Translations under genes and position numbers: made by a program
Source of the DNA: Penicillus capitatus
Taxonomy: Eukaryota; Plantae; Chlorophyta
Assembly: GCA_965649825.1 (NCBI GenBank)
Contig: OZ287716.1
Location: forward strand, 175,797 to 239,796
Length of the DNA: 64,000 bases
Direction of reading: 5' to 3'
Notes under the pieces: model-generated
Seen by the model: the letters and a program-made list of their open reading frames with translations, nothing else
Databases searched by the model: none
What the model was told of the DNA's origin: nothing
Shown: in pieces, positions 60,901-64,000 of the stretch
Position numbering within the stretch: the stretch's first letter is position 1
Layout of the letters: each line of letters opens with the position of its first letter

Positions 60901-62913
60901 TTAAGTCTTGGACGACGATACAAGGTGTCCCTTTTCTCGAGCTGTTCGATAGTCATTGAGTCCCTTGCATCCCACCAGGCGCACAGCCAAGGTGATGTTA
61001 TGGAGGACAGGCATGTCGATAGACACTGTTCCTTGGCGCGATGAGAATTCTGCCAGGACACGATCCCATAACAGAAAATCATGCATGGCGCTCTTGGACC
61101 AGCCGAGCAATAGGATGGACATCTGTAATGGCGTTAATGATTTCAGCGTCTCTCGCCGTACAGCTTCGAGGGCAATGCGCTTCACAATGTCGCTGGATTG
61201 GTATCCCAATTTTCCCAAGGCCCAAGAAGTGGCGGCGATTTCTTGTGGCTTCAGCTCCGTCAGCTTCTCTCCATGAAACTGTTGGGCGACAAGGTGCACA
61301 GCAGACAGGTCGCGGAATCGACCATGTGCCCATCCCACGAGAATATTGGCCAGTGCTTGTGGGGTAAAGGCTCCCAGGGTTTTCTCCTGTAGCATGTGGT
61401 TTGCCAAACGCCTATAGAGATTGGTAGAGTGGATTCCGAGTCTTCCAAAGCTCCAGCAGAGATTTGCCAGTTCTTGTGCGTTGTACTGCTTCAATCGATC
61501 TTCCTTCATAACTTCTCTCAGCACCACATTGCTGTCCTCTTTTTTAGAGAATCTCCCATGTGCCCATCCAAGGACGACGCTCGCCAGTCCCTGAGCAGAA
61601 AACTGATCGAAGACATCTCGTCGGTTTACCAGTTCAGCAGCCAGACTCTTTTGGCACTCGACACTCTGCACGGACATTCTTCCTGATGCCCAGATGAGAT
61701 TACAGAGTTCCTGTGGATTGTACTGACGGAGACGAAACGGCTTCATGATCTCTTTGTGCAGCTCCAGACAGAGATCGAGATCTCGAAAATCGATTCTCGC
61801 GATGCCCAGCGTCACAGAACAAAGCTCCTGCGATGTGTACTTTTCCAGGCGCGATACCTTCAGGGATTCCACAATGCAGATCGTCACAGATGCATTATCA
61901 TCGGATAGCTGAATTTTTCCGAGCGACCAGATGATGTTTGCCAGAATGGAATTGCTGAACAGTATGTGCTCTTTTGGCTCGACCACATGGCGAAGTATGA
62001 CGCGACAGCTGTCATCGTTTTGGTGTTCAATTCGGGCACATGCGATAAAAAGGAGAGCGATGCCTTGGGGCATCAGCTCTCGACGTCGACGTTGAATTTC
62101 CTCCAACACGGGTGTCCAGTGTTCGGGAGATCGGTGGCCCAGGGAGCTCCATGACCACAATATGTTCGTGAGTTCCTGTGCATTTGCCTCCTGTCTCTGT
62201 TGAATCGCCATTTCTGAGAGTATCTCTAGGTGTGATGCATCCACGTAATCCAGTTTTGCCCATGACCACAATACATTAGCCAGACATTGTGTTGTAAACG
62301 TCTCTCTGCGATGTTCGCTGCAAATCTGGGCAGAGTAGGTAGAAACGAGGGGATGACCTCGCAACTGTAGTACGGCAAAAGAGTAGAGACACTGTGACAA
62401 AGAAACAGTGCTGAAGCGATGGAGATCGTTCCGTTCGAGCGCTCGCCTTAGAACGCTTTTCATGAATGGCTCCGAAAGAACCCTTCCCTTTCTCAGCTGT
62501 CGAGACTGGTTCAGCAGCGCGAGGGAGTGCAAAATAGAAGCGAGATCGGATCCCTTTGCCTCGGAGAGTGGACCAGTCCAGTGAACCGTCGTGAGGTTGT
62601 GCCATATATCCTGCGGCATGAGACCTCTTTTAGCACAGACATGCAGCATTCCTCGAATCTGTTCGATCCTCAGTTTGTGAAACTGTTTCAGAAAAGATTT
62701 CCATTTGGAATACCAACCCTGATTCGCTTTGTAAGTGCCATCGAGGATTTGATCGAGTCTCTGGAGAGGAAAGTAGAAACGCGTTTTGTGTTCCGGTGTC
62801 AAAGACAGGGACTGCCATCGCACACGGTACACTTGCGACCATACGACATGGCGAAACGAACGAAAGTCAGAGAACTGAAAAAATCGTCGCAGCATGATGC
62901 TGGTTGATGACAA
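60901..62913 (-). CDS. Helical-repeat organellar RNA-binding protein (OPR/FASTK-like); may have an upstream exon
   Basis: About 12 repeats of ~38 aa with the pattern (F/Y)x(P/A)Q(E/G/A)L(A/C)N(L/I)xW(S/A/G)x(G/A)xL. Confidence 0.8.
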   Translation of the reverse strand: MSSTSIMLRRFFQFSDFRSFRHVVWSQVYRVRWQSLSLTPEHKTRFYFPLQRLDQILDGTYKANQGWYSKWKSFLKQFHKLRIEQIRGMLHVCAKRGLMPQDIWHNLTTVHWTGPLSEAKGSDLASILHSLALLNQSRQLRKGRVLSEPFMKSVLRRALERNDLHRFSTVSLSQCLYSFAVLQLRGHPLVSTYSAQICSEHRRETFTTQCLANVLWSWAKLDYVDASHLEILSEMAIQQRQEANAQELTNILWSWSSLGHRSPEHWTPVLEEIQRRRRELMPQGIALLFIACARIEHQNDDSCRVILRHVVEPKEHILFSNSILANIIWSLGKIQLSDDNASVTICIVESLKVSRLEKYTSQELCSVTLGIARIDFRDLDLCLELHKEIMKPFRLRQYNPQELCNLIWASGRMSVQSVECQKSLAAELVNRRDVFDQFSAQGLASVVLGWAHGRFSKKEDSNVVLREVMKEDRLKQYNAQELANLCWSFGRLGIHSTNLYRRLANHMLQEKTLGAFTPQALANILVGWAHGRFRDLSAVHLVAQQFHGEKLTELKPQEIAATSWALGKLGYQSSDIVKRIALEAVRRETLKSLTPLQMSILLLGWSKSAMHDFLLWDRVLAEFSSRQGTVSIDMPVLHNITLAVRLVGCKGLNDYRTAREKGHLVSSSKT

Positions 62914-63487
62914 AACACGATAAGACGTTCAGGAACTTCCGCTTTGGTGCTTGATGATTGTCTGGGAAAGGGTTCTCATAAGAGACCCTTTCTTCAGAAA
63001 TTCGCTGCGTTCCGAAGAACGTAGCGGGGCATTGGATATAGTTTTCAACCAGCAATAGTCGCACCTCAGCTTAGCCTCATTGGTTGCGACATTGCCCCAA
63101 GCGCAAGGATGACACAACACGAGCAGGCAGATTAGATAGTCTGACCCCCTAACTTCCGCTTCTGTATTGCCAGATCTGTAAAGACGGCGCAAAGCGCCTT
63201 CAAAAATTGTGAATACGGCTTTGTTGGGGACGGAGCTCGGTATTCTTTAGTAAAAGGCGAAAGAATAGCACGCCACCAGACCCGACCCCGCCGCACAACA
63301 CGCTCCGCAACGGAAGATTTATCGATACAAAACGAAATTCCGCTTAGTCTTTTCGTTCTCCGAGGCAGGATGACTCGACTGACGCGACTGAATCGATAAC
63401 ACTTATACTTAAAATAACAGCGATCTTGCGATGTCTGTGTGTCCTAGCCGCCCTTAAAATGCAAAAAAAAAAACTAACAATCGAGGC

Positions 63488-64000
63488 TGGAGTCCTTGAG
63501 GTATGCTGCCATCAGATGTCAAAAAACCAACAGTAGAGGATAGAGTCCTTGAGGTATGCTGCCTTCGGATGTCAAATCAACTGGAGTCCTTGAGGTATGC
63601 TGCCATCAGATGTCAAAAAACCAACAGTAGAGGATAGAGTCCTTGAGGTATGCTGCCTTCGGATGTCAAATCAACTGGAGACCTTGAGGTATGCTGCCAT
63701 CAGATGTCAAAAAACCAACAGTAGAGGATAGAGTCCTTGAGGTATGCCGCCTTCAGATGTCAAAAAACCAACAGTAGAGGATAGAGTCCTTGAGGTAAGC
63801 CGCTCTTCAGATGTCATCAGGTGTGCCGCCTTCAGATGTCAAATCAGCTGGAGTCCTTGAGGTAAGCCGCTCTTCAGATGTCATCAGGTATGCCGCCTTC
63901 AGATGTCAAATCAACTGGAGTCCTTGAGGTAAGCTGCCTTCAGATGTCAAATCAACTGGAGTCCTTGAGGTATGCTGCCATCAGATGTCAAAAAACCAAC
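63488..64000. repeat. Satellite of 41- and 53-bp monomers, continuing past the window end
   Basis: GAGTCCTTGAGGTATGCTGCCATCAGATGTCAAAAAACCAACAGTAGAGGATA (53 bp) alternates with GAGTCCTTGAGGTATGCTGCCTTCGGATGTCAAATCAACTG (41 bp). Confidence 0.95.

Noticed and set aside
47351-62913. Numerous antisense ORFs over UGGT, importin, GatA and the OPR gene
   Set aside because: Reverse-frame shadows of well-supported genes.
1-64000. Non-standard code (TAA/TAG = Gln) as in some ulvophytes
   Set aside because: Conserved genes end in TAA or TAG at the expected C-termini (COG4, importin, UGGT), and their long exons contain no in-frame TAA/TAG.

Overview
Gene-dense eukaryotic nuclear DNA, most likely a chlorophyte green alga. 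The evidence is a nuclear plastid rpl21 with a transit peptide, DUF760 and OPR-like genes, the standard genetic code, and introns of about 47-60 bp. There is no prokaryotic operon, CRISPR array or recognisable transposase/RT. Housekeeping genes identified: NOC1/CEBPZ, probable NUP54, COG4, URI1, an APE2-like exonuclease III, choline/ethanolamine kinase, a BTB protein, importin alpha-9-like, LST8, UGGT, an ABC1 kinase, V-ATPase subunit e, plastid RPL21, GatA, a DUF760 protein and an OPR-like protein. The most striking feature is an unannotated multi-kb cassette present three times between 8 and 33.6 kb. Each copy has a long array of ~42-bp palindrome-core/variable-linker monomers, a copy-specific minisatellite, a conserved 39-nt block and a GTCACAC..GTGTGAC hairpin. 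It then carries an intact 3-exon orphan Pro-rich gene ('gene X', minus strand) with a conserved TATA box and 1.1-1.4 kb of conserved upstream DNA. Two copies are preceded by a small secreted orphan gene ('gene Y'), intact once and pseudogenised once. The third copy is separated from the second by the COG4-URI1 pair. Also notable are two tandem Cys-x-Gly-rich secreted orphan genes, a COG4 stop only 2 nt from the URI1 ATG, and GC-AG introns. All exon structures were worked out by hand; family calls rest on recognised motifs, not database searches.
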